Assembly (NCBI GenBank): GCA_964503125.1
Contig: CAZCZE010000010.1
Location: 10,682-74,681, forward strand
Reading direction: 5' to 3'
From: an uncultured Gammaproteobacteria bacterium
GTDB taxonomy: Bacteria > Pseudomonadota > Gammaproteobacteria > Steroidobacterales > Rariloculaceae
DNA length: 64,000 nucleotides
Position numbers and translations under genes: made by a program. Below, piece by piece: positions 7,954 to 18,625 of this stretch; the stretch's first letter is position 1; each line of letters starts with the position of its first letter. Under the pieces are notes generated by a model. It was not told the origin of the DNA and searched no databases. It saw nothing but the letters and a program-made list of their open reading frames with translations.

Positions 7954-8736
7954 GTGTTCAAACGGCTCCGCATCGCCTTCTTGCTCTACCTCCTGCTGTT
8001 CGTGGCGGCCGCGCAGTTCTTCGTCGATCAGCGTACGAAGGATTGGGACGAGCCGCTGTGGGTCGACGTCTACGCGGTCGCCGGCGACAGCGACGAGACC
8101 ACGCGCCGCTACCTCGACAACCTCGACCCCACGGAGTTCAAGGACGTCGAGCCGTTCCTGGCGCGCGAGGCTCAGCGTTATGGCCTCGCGCTCGAGCAAC
8201 CATTCCGCTTGCGACTCGTCGGCGAGCATCGCGCGCCGCTGCCTACCTTAAGCCGAGACGCCGGCGTCCTCGGCATCCTCGGGTGGAGCCTGCGCATGCG
8301 CTGGCTGGCGACGCGTCTTCGCTGGCAGGCCGACGGGCCGGCCGGCGACGTGCTCGTGTTCGCCGTTTTCCACGCACCATCGGCGGGCGTGGCGCTCGAT
8401 AGCTCGACGGCGCTCGAGAAAGGGCTCATCGCCGTGGCCAACGTGTTCGCCGCGCGCGACGCCCGCGCCACGAACCAGATCGTGCTGGCGCACGAGCTCT
8501 TGCATACGCTGGGCGCGACGGACAAGTACGCGCTTGCGACGAACGCCCCGATTTTCCCCTTGGGTTACGCCGCGCCCGACGCTCGGCCGCTGCTGCCGCA
8601 GACGAAGGCCGAGCTCATGGCGGGCAGGATACCCATCGACGAGCGGCGCGCCGAGATTCCCCGCAGCCTCCGCGACGTCGTCATCGGCCCGTCTACCGCT
8701 CTCGAGATCGGTTGGTACAACGCCGGCAAGCCGTGA
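7954..8736 (+). CDS. Membrane-anchored hypothetical protein with an HExxH (HELLH) zinc-metallopeptidase-like motif
   Basis: 260 aa with a GTG start. N-terminal TM segment (IAFLLYLLLFVAAAQFF). The motif LAHELLHTLGATDKY is present. High GC3. No family name recognised. Confidence 0.65.
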   Translation: MFKRLRIAFLLYLLLFVAAAQFFVDQRTKDWDEPLWVDVYAVAGDSDETTRRYLDNLDPTEFKDVEPFLAREAQRYGLALEQPFRLRLVGEHRAPLPTLSRDAGVLGILGWSLRMRWLATRLRWQADGPAGDVLVFAVFHAPSAGVALDSSTALEKGLIAVANVFAARDARATNQIVLAHELLHTLGATDKYALATNAPIFPLGYAAPDARPLLPQTKAELMAGRIPIDERRAEIPRSLRDVVIGPSTALEIGWYNAGKP

Positions 8737-8785
8737 CACCATAAGCCGATCGGCCGAACCGATTCAGCGCAGGGACCGAGCGGCT

Positions 8786-9337
8786 ATGGGGCACCGGCTC
8801 AGCAAAATCTACACGCGCACCGGCGACGACGGCACGACGGGTCTCGCGAACGGGGAGCGCGTGGACAAGTGCGACGACCGCGTCGAGGCCTTCGGCACGG
8901 TCGACGAGACGAACAGCGCGCTCGGCCTGTTGCTCGCAGAGCCTGACCTTCCCGCCGCGATTCGCGCGCCGCTCGCGCGCATTCAGCACGAGCTCTTCGA
9001 GCTCGGCGCCGAGCTGTCATTGCCGGGCTACCGGCAGATCTCGGCCGAGTACGTGGGCCGCCTCGAGCGCGAGCTCGACGCGCTCAACGAGGATTTGCCG
9101 CCGCTCAAGGAGTTCGTGCTGCCAGGCGGCAACCGCGCCGCCGCGATCTGCCACGTCGCCCGCACGATTTGCCGCCGCGCCGAGCGCCGCGCCTTCGCCG
9201 TCGCGAAGATCGCGAGCGTCAATCCAGAGCTCTTGCGCTATTTGAACCGTCTCTCGGACCTGCTGTTCGTGATGGCGCGTTGCCTCGCGCGCCTGGACGG
9301 CGGCGCAGAGGCTCTCTGGCAGCGCGAACCTAAGTAG
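8786..9337 (+). CDS. ATP:cob(I)alamin adenosyltransferase, PduO type
   Basis: Starts at ATG 8786. The N-terminus KIYTRTGDDGTTGL is the hallmark of this type. Also DDRVEAFGTVDE, LQHELFELGAEL and LSDLLFV. Confidence 0.85.
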   Translation: MGHRLSKIYTRTGDDGTTGLANGERVDKCDDRVEAFGTVDETNSALGLLLAEPDLPAAIRAPLARIQHELFELGAELSLPGYRQISAEYVGRLERELDALNEDLPPLKEFVLPGGNRAAAICHVARTICRRAERRAFAVAKIASVNPELLRYLNRLSDLLFVMARCLARLDGGAEALWQREPK

Positions 9338-9893
9338 CCCGTGGATCCGCGAGCAGCTGCCCGAGCCTCTGCCAGTCGAAGGTGGGGCCGGGATCCGTTT
9401 TGCGCCCCGGCGCGATATCGCTGTGACCCACGACCGCGGCGCCGCGCAGCGAGGCGTAGGTGCGCCGCAGCGTGGCGACGAGCACCGCGAGCGCGAGGTA
9501 TTGCGCCGGCGCGTACGGCGACTCGTCCGTGCCTTCGAGCTCGATACCCACCGAGAAGTCGTTACAGCCCTCGCGCCCGCAATAGTTGGACTTGCCCGCG
9601 TGCCACGCACGCCGCGTGAACGGCACGTACTGGGTCAGCGCGCCGTCGCGGGCGATGAGCACGTGAGCCGACACCGCGAGGTGGGAGATCGTCGCGAAAT
9701 AAGGATCGGCCGCTACGTCCAAGTCGTTGCAGAAAAACCGATCGATCCAGCCGTTGCCGAACTGTCCGGGCGGCAGGCTGATGCCGTGCACGACGATGAG
9801 GCTGAGCTCGGTGCCCGGAGGGCGGTCGTCGCTGTTCGGCGAGACGACGCGGCGCACGCCGTCGAGCCATCCGGTCGCCGCATCGATGATCAC
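9330..9893 (-). CDS. ampD: 1,6-anhydro-N-acetylmuramyl-L-alanine amidase AmpD
   Basis: 187 aa. Contains SPNSDDRP, IVVHGISLPPGQFG, VSAHVLIARDG, RAWHAG, NDFSVGIELEG and VVGHSDIAPGRKTDPGP. Confidence 0.85.
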   Translation of the reverse strand: MIIDAATGWLDGVRRVVSPNSDDRPPGTELSLIVVHGISLPPGQFGNGWIDRFFCNDLDVAADPYFATISHLAVSAHVLIARDGALTQYVPFTRRAWHAGKSNYCGREGCNDFSVGIELEGTDESPYAPAQYLALAVLVATLRRTYASLRGAAVVGHSDIAPGRKTDPGPTFDWQRLGQLLADPRAT

Positions 9894-9985
9894 TTTGGTT
9901 CGAGCAATTGCTAAAGTGGGCCGCTATCCCAAGGCGCCACTATAACAGCCCCTCGCTCACCGCCTCGCAACGAGACTTAGGTTTC

Positions 9986-10729
9986 ATGGGACTCGCCAGC
10001 CATCGCCTGCCGCGGCTATTCGTCGAGCGCGAGCTCGACGGCGCGAGCGTGACGCTCGACGACCGCGAGTCGCACTATCTCGGCCACGTGCTGCGCCTTG
10101 CGCGCGGCGACGAGCTCGTGGCGTTCAACGGCCGCGGCACGGAGCGTAGCGCCACGATCGGCTCGTTGCAGCGCCGCGGCGCCGTGCTCGAGTTGCGCGC
10201 AGTGCTCGCTCCCCTGCCCGAGTCGCCGCTCGACCTCACGCTGCTCCAAGCATTGCCGAAGTCCGACGCCATGGACCTCGTGGTGCAGAAGGCCACGGAG
10301 CTCGGCGCGCGCACGCTCACGCCGGCGTTGACGGAATACAGCGTGGTGCGGCTCGATGCGGAGCGCAGTGAGCGGCGCAGCGAGCACTGGCGCAAGATCG
10401 CACGCAGCGCCTGCGAGCAATGCGGGCGGCACCGGCCGCCGACGATCGCGGCGCCGTTGCCGCTGGCCGAAGCGCTTGCGGCGTTGCCGCCCGCGGGCGC
10501 TCGCTTCGCGCTCGACCCTGCGGCCGATCGCCGGCTCGGCGAGCAGGCAGCGCCGACGACCGCGCTGGTCATCGCCGTCGGCCCCGAGGGCGGGTTCGGC
10601 GCCGCGGATTGGCGGCGCCTCGACGCCGCGCAGTTCGTGCGCGTCGCACTTGGGCGGCGAGTATTGCGCGCCGAGACCGCGGCGCTCGCCGCCTGCGCAG
10701 TCGCGCAGACGCTCTGGGGCGACGGCTAG
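9986..10729 (+). CDS. rsmE: 16S rRNA (uracil1498-N3)-methyltransferase RsmE
   Basis: Starts at ATG 9986 (MGLASHRLPRLFVE...). Contains HYLGHVLRLARGDELVAFNG, LLQALPKSDAMDLVVQKATELG, VGPEGGF and LGRRVLRAETAALAA. Confidence 0.85.
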   Translation: MGLASHRLPRLFVERELDGASVTLDDRESHYLGHVLRLARGDELVAFNGRGTERSATIGSLQRRGAVLELRAVLAPLPESPLDLTLLQALPKSDAMDLVVQKATELGARTLTPALTEYSVVRLDAERSERRSEHWRKIARSACEQCGRHRPPTIAAPLPLAEALAALPPAGARFALDPAADRRLGEQAAPTTALVIAVGPEGGFGAADWRRLDAAQFVRVALGRRVLRAETAALAACAVAQTLWGDG

Positions 10730-10730
10730 C

Positions 10731-11207
10731 CTAAGCAGCCGTCGGCAGATCCGCGATCATGCGTTCGAGACGCTCGACGTCGGGGATCAACGGGTACTCG
10801 TGGATCATGCGCGCGCGGCACAGCGCGGGCATGCCTTCGGGCAACGGCTGTTCCGTCTCGAGCCCGAGCACGTCGGGGTTCACGCGCACGAGCTGCGGGA
10901 AACCCTGCGTCAGAATCCCGTAATACCCGCCTTTCAAGTCCTGAGTGACCGCATGAAACACCACGACGCGCGTGCGGTTGCGCCTTGTGCGACGGTCGTC
11001 GGCCGCGGCGCCGTCGAACGACACCACGGGCACGCGGCGGTTGTTCCACTCGATCGTCCCCAAGTACCACTCGGGCACGGCATCGTCGCGGCTGCGCGCC
11101 GCATCGGCGAAGGCGATGACCTCCGCCACGCACATGCGCGGCACGAGCAGGCGCTCGTTGCGCAACGGGATCAGCAAGCTATAGAGCTCTTTATGACTTG
11201 CGTCCAT
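10731..11207 (-). CDS. chpC: CheW-like coupling protein at the end of the Chp cluster
   Basis: 158 aa single CheW-like domain (LLIPLRNERLLVPRMCVAEV ... WNNRRVPVVSFD). It lies immediately downstream of chpA with a 3-nt gap. Confidence 0.75.
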   Translation of the reverse strand: MDASHKELYSLLIPLRNERLLVPRMCVAEVIAFADAARSRDDAVPEWYLGTIEWNNRRVPVVSFDGAAADDRRTRRNRTRVVVFHAVTQDLKGGYYGILTQGFPQLVRVNPDVLGLETEQPLPEGMPALCRARMIHEYPLIPDVERLERMIADLPTAA

Positions 11208-11210
11208 ACG

Positions 11211-14200
11211 TCACAGCCCTCTGCCGACGAGCGCTTCGATCGCGGCGATGAGCTGACTCTCCTGGTAAGGCTTGCTCAAGTAGTCGTTGACGCCGATCTC
11301 GATGGCCTTCGCGCGATGCTTCTCGCCCGAGCGCGACGTGATCATGATGATCGGCAGCTCTTTGAACCGCGCGTCGTTGCGCACGTGGCTCGCGAGCTGG
11401 TAGCCGTCCATGCGCGGCATTTCGATGTCGAGCAGGATGATGTCCACCGGGTGCTCCTGTAGCACCGTGATCGCGTCGAGCCCGTCGCGTGCCGTGTAGA
11501 CCTTGACGTCGCGCCGCTCGAGCAACCGCTGCGTCACGCGCCGCATCGTGATCGAATCGTCGACGACGAGCGCCGCAAGAGGCGCCTTCGCGGCCGGTTG
11601 CGGCGCAGGCTGCGCGCCCTCGGCCGACCGATGCGCGCGCACGAGCGTGCCGGGGTCGAGGATCATGATGACGCGGCCGTCGCCCAAGATCGTCGCGCCC
11701 GTGACGCCGGGGACGCTCGCGATGTGCGGCCCGAGCGTCTTGACGACGATCTCGCGGCTGCCCTCGAGCGAGTCCATGAGCAGCGCCGTCGACCTGTCGC
11801 CGGCGCGAATCAGCACGAGGGAGACGGCGTTTTCCTCCTCGGGCAGCGCCGAGGGCGCCGCACCGACGAGGCTGCCCAAGTGCTGGATGCGATAGACGAT
11901 TCCGCCGTAATCGAGCTTGGGCTCGTCCTCGGTCAGGTGCTTCAGGATCTTGTCGCGCGACAGGCGCGTGATGCCTTCGACGGTCGGCAACGGCAACGCG
12001 AAAGTTTCGTCGCCGACGTTGACGATGAGCGCGTGCGTGATCGCGAGCGTATACGGGAGCCGGAGCACGAAACGCGTGCCTTGCCCCGTCGTCGTCTCGA
12101 TGCGAATCGAGCCGCCGAGCTTCTTGACCTCGTTGTCGACGACGTCCATGCCGACGCCGCGACCGGCCGTCTGCGTGAGCTCGCTCGCCGTGCTGAAGCC
12201 GGGTTGCAGAATGAGCTCGACGGCCTGCTCGTCGGTGATGTTCTGATTCCCCGCGAGCAAACCCTTCTCGTAGGCTTTGCGGCGAATCGCCGCGAGATCG
12301 AGACCGCCGCCGTCATCGCTGAGCTCGACGATGACCTCGGACCCTTCGCGGCGGATCGCTAGCAACACCTTGCCGGTCTCGGGCTTGCCGCGTTGCCCGC
12401 GCACGGCGGCCTTCTCGATGCCGTGGGCGACGGCGTTACGCAGCAGGTGCTCGAACGGCGGCAGCATGGTCTCCAGGACCTGCCGGTCGATCTCGTTGTG
12501 CTCGCCCTCGACGACGAGCTCCGCGAGCTTGCCCGAATCCGCACAGGCCTGCCGGACGATGCGCTGGAGCCGCGCCACGTGGCGCTGGAACGGCACCATG
12601 CGCGTCCGCATGAGCCCGTTCTGCAAGTCGGCCGTGACGCGCGCTTGCTGTGTGAGCAGCGTATCGGCCTCGTTCGTCAGGCCGTTGAGTAGCTCGTTGA
12701 TGCTTGCCACGTCGTTCGCCGACTCGGCGAGCGCGCGCGACAGCTGTTGAATCGTGGAGTAGCGGTCGAGCTCGAGCGGATCGAAGCTGCCTTGCACCTC
12801 GGCATCATCCTGGTGGCGATGCAGGATCTGCGCCTCGGTCTCGGCCTCGAGCTTGCGCAGCTGGTCGCGCAGCCGCGACACCGTGCCGCCGAGCTCTCCC
12901 AAGTGAAACTCGATCGAATGGAGCTGCTGGGTCAGCCGCGACTGGAAGATGTTGATCTCGCCGGCGCCGTTGAGCAGCGCATCGAGTAGCCCCGCGTCGA
13001 CGCGTGCCGTTTCCGCCCGCTCGGCTGCGCGCTGCTCGACGGGCGTGGCCGCGGGCTGCGGCGCCGCCTCGGCTAAGCGCGGCGGCTCGACGACGCGCGC
13101 CGCCTCGGCCAGCTGCGGCGCCGTCGTGAGCGCCTCCGGCGGCTCGACGATCGTCGCTTCCGCGGCGACGGGCTCCTCTTCGACGACGAGCGGTTCCTCG
13201 ATCGTGGGCTCGTCGATGAGCTCGGCCGCGGCCCGAGCGTCGACGGGCGGCACGTCGGGCGCAGCGAGCTCGATCGATTCGAGCTCGCGCAAATCGGCAC
13301 CCATGAGGTCGTCGATCTCGCCGGCGGCGCCGACTGCGGCCGGGGGCGGCGCTTCGGCCGCTGCGGGTGCGGCGGGGCCGAGGGGCGCGGCGGGCGCTGC
13401 CGGCGTGGCGGCCGCAGGCTCCGCAAAGCCTTCCAGCTCCGCGACGAGGCCGCTCGCCGCGCTCGCGAGTCGACCCGCGTCGATCGCGTCGCGCATGTGT
13501 TGCAGCTCGTCGAGGCCGCGCTGCACGAGATCGAGCGCGGCCGGTGTCGGCCGGCTGCGGCCGTCGGCGACGCCCGCGAGCAGCGTTTCGAGCGCGTGGC
13601 TCAGGTCGCCCATCGCGAGCACACCTGCCATGCGCGCCCCGCCCTTGAGCGTGTGCAGGTAGCGCTGCAGCACGACGACGGATGCCTGATCTTGGCGTTG
13701 CCGCACGTCCTGCAGCGCGCTTTCGGAGTGGTCGAGAATCTCGGCGGCTTCTTCCGCGAAGATCGCCGCGATCTCGGGGTCGAAGCTCGCGGGCGGCGCC
13801 GCGGGCGTGGGCGCCGCAGGGGGTGCCGGCGCGACGCGCGAGACCGCCGCCGGAGGTGCAGCTGCGGCGGGCGCGGCGCGCGCAGCCAAGGCGTCGAGCG
13901 AGGCGAGCGCGGCGGGATCGAGCCGCGCTTCGCGGCCGCCGGACAGTGCGTCGGCCAGCAACCCGATCTCCCGAGCCGCGGACTGCAGCGCGGCGAGCCC
14001 CGCGGCGGTCAACCCCGTGCGGCCTTCGAAGTGGCGGCGCAGGTGCTCCGCGAGGGGCGCCGCGAGCGCCGTCGCGGGCTCGAACCCCGCCATGCGGCCG
14101 CTGCCGAGCAGTGTGTGGCAAGCGCGATAGAGCGGCTCCCCGACGGCGTAGGGCGGGGGCCGGTTGGCCGCGGCAGCCAAGAACTCCTGAATGACGGCCA

Positions 14201-16508
14201 GATGCCCGCGCATCTCTTTGACGAAGATGTCCGCGAGCACGGGATCCATGCCGGGCTCGGCCGCCGGCGCGGCGACGGGCGCCACCACGCGCAGCGATTG
14301 CCCGGTGAGGTTCGCCGCCTCGGGATCGCCCTCGGCGAACGCTTCGGCCTGCTTCATGAGCAGGTGCACGTCGACCCTAGGCGGCAGGCCGACCTCGAGC
14401 TGCTCGAGCAGCTGCGGCAACGCGCTGCTCGCTTCGGTCACGAACGCGATCATCGCGGCCGTCGGCTCGAGCGTCTGGTTGATGACACGGTTGAGCAGGT
14501 TCTCGATGCTCCACGCGAACTCGGCAATGAGCTGAGCACCCACCATGCGGCCGCTGCCCTTGAGCGTGTGGAACGAGCGGCGCGTGGCGATCAGCGCCTC
14601 GGAGTTGTTGCGATCGGCGACCCACAGCGGCAGCGTGCGCTGGATGTTCGCGGTCTCTTCCTTCGCCTCCTCGATGAAGACCTCGACGATCTCGGGATCC
14701 GAGCGGTCTTCCTCGACTTCCATGACGCTCGGCGCGCGCTGCGCGGCTTTAAGCGCCGGCGGGGGCGGAGCCGCGACGGCCGCGGGCTTCGCCACGGGCA
14801 ATGTCTCGAGCAGATCGAGGCAGCGCTCCGCGTTCTCGAGCATGTACCAAGGGTCCGTCCGGCCCGCGCTCAGGGTCTCCAAGTAGTACTCGACGCTGAC
14901 GATCGTGTCGGCGAGCCGCTCGAGATACTCGGGCCGCAGCTTCGTGCCCACGCCGAGCCGCGTCCCGATGACGTTGCCGACGCGCTCCACGACGCTCACG
15001 GCCTTGGTCTTGTCGAGCATCGTGAGACCGGCCACGATGCCGCGCAGCTGCGGCCTGGCGCGCTCGAGTGGCCGCAGATCCGCGGGTTGGTCGACGAGCT
15101 GGATGACGGCTTCTTTGACCTTGGTGAGATTGACGGTGCACTCGCGCATGACGGCTTGCGTGACTTGCAGCGGCTGAGCCTCGCCCTCGGGCGCAGCGTC
15201 CGCGAGCTCCGCGTCGTCGTGGGGCACCACGGCGCGCACGAGCTCACGATCGAGCGTGTCCTCGACGTCGAGCAGCGTCGCGGCAATCTTCTCGAGCGCG
15301 CTCTGATCGATGACCTTGCCGTTGACCACGATCGCGGAGAGCCCTTGGCTCTCGCGCTGGATCTTCGCACGCGCGTTGTCGAGACCGAGAACGCCCAGCG
15401 TGTCGCCGATCTTCTTGAGCATGTCGAGCTGCGGCGCGAGCTTGTCGACGGCCTGCATGCCCGTGCGCACGAAGATGTCGAGCGCGTCCTTGACCGTGCC
15501 GAGATCCTCCTTGATCGCTTCGGCGACGGTGCGCATGAGCTTGACGCTCGGACCCGACAGGCCTTCGCGCGCCTGCTCCACTTGGAGCTCGCCGGGCAGC
15601 ACTTCGCCCAAGTTGTACTGTTTGCGTAGCGCCTCGAGGCGCGGATCGGCCGAGCTCGCGCGCGCGACGTAATAGAGGAGGCTATTGATGAGCTCGACGG
15701 GCGGCGCGCTCACGAGCGCCGACTCGCCACCGTCCGCGAGCCGTTTGAGCTGCCGGTCGGCCTGGCCGATGAGCCGTTTCAGCGTGACGCTCGCCTCGAG
15801 GCCGCCGCCGCGAATCGCGGTGAGCACGCCCGTCATGACCGTCCAGAGCTGCCTGACCTGCTCGCTCACCGCGGCGCGCTCGAGGTTGGCGGCGACACGC
15901 AGCAGCTCGTCGAGGTGACGCCCGGACTCCGCGCCCTTGATCCAACCGAGCAGCGCGGCCTGGAACGGCGGCCGTAGCCGGTGAGCGAGCTTCTCGAGGC
16001 CGTGCGCGACGGGGGCGCCCGCAGGCGCCGCGGCTCGCGGCACCGCGTGGCGCTCGAACGGGCCCGAGTTGAGCAGGACGAGCGTCCCTTCCGAGAGCGC
16101 GGGCTTGTCGCGCGCGTGGCGCAGATCGTTGAGTAGCGGCAACAGGGCGAGCGCGATGTCCTTGCCACCGCCGACGAGGCGCTCGAGGTAGGCCGGCAGC
16201 TGCACCATCGCGCGGGTCAGCGCCTCGATCCCTTTCTCGGCCTTGTGCGGGTCGGGCGACTCGGCGAGCCGGCGGCACGTCTGCTCCATCTCTTCCGCGA
16301 GCAGCGCTGCGCCGTGAATCTCGACGATCTTGAGCGCACCGCGTGCCGCGTGCAGGTGGTCGGCTGTGCGCAGCAGCGCATCGGCGGTCGCGCGACCGTC
16401 GACGTACTCCTCGAGCTGCGAGCGCGCCGCCTCGAGCGTCGTTGCGAGCTCGCGGTTCACGAGCTCGAAGGCATGCGTGGCGAGATCGTCCATCGCTCGA
16501 GTGGCCAT
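11211..16508 (-). CDS. chpA: Hybrid multi-Hpt CheA-type histidine kinase of the type IV pilus Chp system (ChpA/PilL)
   Basis: 1765 aa. At least four Hpt-type motifs are visible (LHAARGALK, FHTLKGSGRMVGA, CHTLLGSGRMAG, LHTLKGGARMAG). Long Ala/Pro-rich linkers. HATPase region (LLRNAVAHGIE, DDGGGLD, GRGVGMDVV). A CheW-like domain. A C-terminal receiver (LVVDDSITMRR...DIEMPRMDGY...SKP). Confidence 0.9.
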   Translation of the reverse strand: MATRAMDDLATHAFELVNRELATTLEAARSQLEEYVDGRATADALLRTADHLHAARGALKIVEIHGAALLAEEMEQTCRRLAESPDPHKAEKGIEALTRAMVQLPAYLERLVGGGKDIALALLPLLNDLRHARDKPALSEGTLVLLNSGPFERHAVPRAAAPAGAPVAHGLEKLAHRLRPPFQAALLGWIKGAESGRHLDELLRVAANLERAAVSEQVRQLWTVMTGVLTAIRGGGLEASVTLKRLIGQADRQLKRLADGGESALVSAPPVELINSLLYYVARASSADPRLEALRKQYNLGEVLPGELQVEQAREGLSGPSVKLMRTVAEAIKEDLGTVKDALDIFVRTGMQAVDKLAPQLDMLKKIGDTLGVLGLDNARAKIQRESQGLSAIVVNGKVIDQSALEKIAATLLDVEDTLDRELVRAVVPHDDAELADAAPEGEAQPLQVTQAVMRECTVNLTKVKEAVIQLVDQPADLRPLERARPQLRGIVAGLTMLDKTKAVSVVERVGNVIGTRLGVGTKLRPEYLERLADTIVSVEYYLETLSAGRTDPWYMLENAERCLDLLETLPVAKPAAVAAPPPPALKAAQRAPSVMEVEEDRSDPEIVEVFIEEAKEETANIQRTLPLWVADRNNSEALIATRRSFHTLKGSGRMVGAQLIAEFAWSIENLLNRVINQTLEPTAAMIAFVTEASSALPQLLEQLEVGLPPRVDVHLLMKQAEAFAEGDPEAANLTGQSLRVVAPVAAPAAEPGMDPVLADIFVKEMRGHLAVIQEFLAAAANRPPPYAVGEPLYRACHTLLGSGRMAGFEPATALAAPLAEHLRRHFEGRTGLTAAGLAALQSAAREIGLLADALSGGREARLDPAALASLDALAARAAPAAAAPPAAVSRVAPAPPAAPTPAAPPASFDPEIAAIFAEEAAEILDHSESALQDVRQRQDQASVVVLQRYLHTLKGGARMAGVLAMGDLSHALETLLAGVADGRSRPTPAALDLVQRGLDELQHMRDAIDAGRLASAASGLVAELEGFAEPAAATPAAPAAPLGPAAPAAAEAPPPAAVGAAGEIDDLMGADLRELESIELAAPDVPPVDARAAAELIDEPTIEEPLVVEEEPVAAEATIVEPPEALTTAPQLAEAARVVEPPRLAEAAPQPAATPVEQRAAERAETARVDAGLLDALLNGAGEINIFQSRLTQQLHSIEFHLGELGGTVSRLRDQLRKLEAETEAQILHRHQDDAEVQGSFDPLELDRYSTIQQLSRALAESANDVASINELLNGLTNEADTLLTQQARVTADLQNGLMRTRMVPFQRHVARLQRIVRQACADSGKLAELVVEGEHNEIDRQVLETMLPPFEHLLRNAVAHGIEKAAVRGQRGKPETGKVLLAIRREGSEVIVELSDDGGGLDLAAIRRKAYEKGLLAGNQNITDEQAVELILQPGFSTASELTQTAGRGVGMDVVDNEVKKLGGSIRIETTTGQGTRFVLRLPYTLAITHALIVNVGDETFALPLPTVEGITRLSRDKILKHLTEDEPKLDYGGIVYRIQHLGSLVGAAPSALPEEENAVSLVLIRAGDRSTALLMDSLEGSREIVVKTLGPHIASVPGVTGATILGDGRVIMILDPGTLVRAHRSAEGAQPAPQPAAKAPLAALVVDDSITMRRVTQRLLERRDVKVYTARDGLDAITVLQEHPVDIILLDIEMPRMDGYQLASHVRNDARFKELPIIMITSRSGEKHRAKAIEIGVNDYLSKPYQESQLIAAIEALVGRGL

Positions 16509-16518
16509 TACTTCGAGC

Positions 16519-18621
16519 TCAGCCGGACTGGCGCCGCCGCGCGACGCCCTGCTCGACCGCGGGCTCGCTCGCGGGCGCGGCCGTCTTCACGGCGTGCTCG
16601 AGGCTTGCCGCCACGCGCTCGGCGCTGAGCACGCCCGTGCTACCGCCCTGGTCGGGCAACGTGAAGCCCGCCACGCTGCGCCGCAGCTGCGACGCGAGCT
16701 CCGAAAGCTTGCTGATCGCGGTCGAGGTCGCCGCGGTCGACTCCGTCGTCTTCGAGCTGATCTCGCGCAAGACGTGCATGTTCTTCGTGATCGCACCCGC
16801 GACGCTGGTCTGCTCCTTCGACGAGCTCGAGATGTTCTGCACGAGACTCGCGATCTGATGCGACACCTGCTCGATCTCGTCGAGCGCGGCGCCGGCGTTC
16901 TCGGCGAGCAACGCGCCGCCCACGACGTCGGTGGTGCTGCGCTCCATCGACGTCACGGCTTCGTTGGTATCGGATTGAATCGTGCTGACGAGCACCTCGA
17001 TCTTTTTGGTGGCGGCGGCGGACCGCTCCGCGAGCTTCTGCACCTCGTCGGCGACCACGGCGAAGCCGCGGCTCGCCTCGCCGGCGCGCGACGCCTCGAT
17101 CGACGCGTTCAAGGCGAGAATGTTGGTTTGCTCCGCAATCTCCTCGATGAGCTCGACGATGTTGCCGATCTCCTGCGAGCTCTCGCCGAGCCGTTTGATG
17201 CGCTTGCTCGTGTCCTGAATGGTCTCGCGAATCGTGTTCATGCCGGCGATGGTGCGGCGCACGGCCTCGCCGCCCTTGTGGGCGACCTCCACGGAATGGC
17301 GCGCCACGTCGGAGCAACGCTCGGCGTTGCCCGACACTTCCTCGATCGAAATGGCCATGCGCGCCGTCGATTCCGAGGCGGCCGCCGCCTGCTTGGTTTG
17401 CGCTTCCGCGGCGCGCAGGAGATGGCGCGCCGTGCCCTCGGTCTGCTTTGCCGCCGCATCGACGAGGATCGACGAGTCATTGATCGTGGTCACGAGCTCG
17501 CGCAGCGCGTCGATCGCGTAGTTGATCGAGTCGGCGATCGCGCCCGTGATGTCTTCGGTCACGGTCGCCTGCACGGTGAGATTGCCGTCGGCGAGGCTCG
17601 ACAGCTCGTCGAGCAAGCGCAGGATCGCTTGCTGGTTGCGCTCGTTCTGCTCGGCCTGGAGCTCTGCGGCGCGGCGGAAGTCGCGCGCCCGGTAGTAGAC
17701 GAACATCATGAGCGCCGTGATGACCAAGGCCGCGACCACGAGCAGCAGCGGCAGCCGCTCGGCGATGTCGCCGCTCACTGCCGCGGTGCCGAACTCCGTG
17801 CCGCGGTAGCGCGTGAGCAGCTCGGCGGCCGCGGCGTCGAACTCGTCGGCCGCAGCGTTTGCCGCGGTCAGGGGCTCGGCGGCCGTGCCTACGGTGGCGA
17901 TGGCGCGGCGCGTGCGCTCGAGGAGCTGGTCGACGGCGCGCAAATCTCCGGGCGCGGCCCGGCCGCCCGCGGCGACGACGCCGAGGGTGTCGTCCTCGCC
18001 GCGTAGGCCGCGAATGAACTGGCCGAGATATTGCTCGGCATCACGGATGCGCCGCACGGCGTCGTCGACGGCGACGTCGGGACCGAACGCGCGCAACTGC
18101 TGCTGCAACGTTTCGACGGTGAGCTCGAAACGCCCGAGATAGGGCTGGTTGACCGCGAGCTCGTCGGCTGACAGCACGCTCGAGACATTGCCGGCGGCAA
18201 CGAGCAACTCCGGTGCGAGCCCGAGCAGCTCCGCGCGCGCCGTATCGAGCTCGGCCAGGCGATCGCGGGACGCGAGCAGGCTATCGAGATTGCCCTCGAT
18301 ACGCTGCCAGAGCTCCGCGTCGGCGCCGAGCCGGCGCGCCGCCGCGCTCGCGCCTTCGTTGCCGGCGAGCGCGCCGCGCGCGCTCGCGATGGCCGCGCGG
18401 CTCGCGGCCAAGGCGTCGAAGGCTTGGGGCCGGCCCGACAGGGCGGCATCGGCCTCGCTACGCGCGGCCTGCACGATGGCCACGAGCTCGCCGAGCCCCC
18501 CGTCACCGGCCGACGAGCTCGAGCCGTTCCACCACACGGCGCCGGCAGCCGCCATCAAGGCGAGCGCCAAGAGGATGCCGAGCGGCGGCAGCAGTTTCGG
18601 CCAAGTGCTCGAGTTGCTCAT
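16519..18621 (-). CDS. pilJ: Methyl-accepting chemotaxis protein PilJ
   Basis: 700 aa from ATG 18621 ([25 protein letters not shown]). Has a periplasmic PilJ-type region, a second TM segment, and a conserved MCP signalling domain ([42 protein letters not shown]). The longer ORF-track start is out of context. Confidence 0.9.
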   Translation of the reverse strand: MSNSSTWPKLLPPLGILLALALMAAAGAVWWNGSSSSAGDGGLGELVAIVQAARSEADAALSGRPQAFDALAASRAAIASARGALAGNEGASAAARRLGADAELWQRIEGNLDSLLASRDRLAELDTARAELLGLAPELLVAAGNVSSVLSADELAVNQPYLGRFELTVETLQQQLRAFGPDVAVDDAVRRIRDAEQYLGQFIRGLRGEDDTLGVVAAGGRAAPGDLRAVDQLLERTRRAIATVGTAAEPLTAANAAADEFDAAAAELLTRYRGTEFGTAAVSGDIAERLPLLLVVAALVITALMMFVYYRARDFRRAAELQAEQNERNQQAILRLLDELSSLADGNLTVQATVTEDITGAIADSINYAIDALRELVTTINDSSILVDAAAKQTEGTARHLLRAAEAQTKQAAAASESTARMAISIEEVSGNAERCSDVARHSVEVAHKGGEAVRRTIAGMNTIRETIQDTSKRIKRLGESSQEIGNIVELIEEIAEQTNILALNASIEASRAGEASRGFAVVADEVQKLAERSAAATKKIEVLVSTIQSDTNEAVTSMERSTTDVVGGALLAENAGAALDEIEQVSHQIASLVQNISSSSKEQTSVAGAITKNMHVLREISSKTTESTAATSTAISKLSELASQLRRSVAGFTLPDQGGSTGVLSAERVAASLEHAVKTAAPASEPAVEQGVARRRQSG

Positions 18622-18625
18622 GGCT

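Noticed and set aside
13497-15629. Very long ORFs antisense to real genes. Examples: 13497-15629 and 12805-14121 over chpA; 16330-18006 over pilJ; 44978-46810 over groEL; 56351-58423 over purD/purH; 25528-26556 over pilU; 40175-41473 over hldD; 42460-43971 over glnE; 5893-7527 over the amidohydrolase.
   Set aside because: Their translations are Arg/Ala/Gly/Pro-rich low-complexity strings with no recognisable motifs. The opposite strand, or another frame, encodes unmistakable conserved proteins. Long stop-free antisense frames are expected at this GC content.
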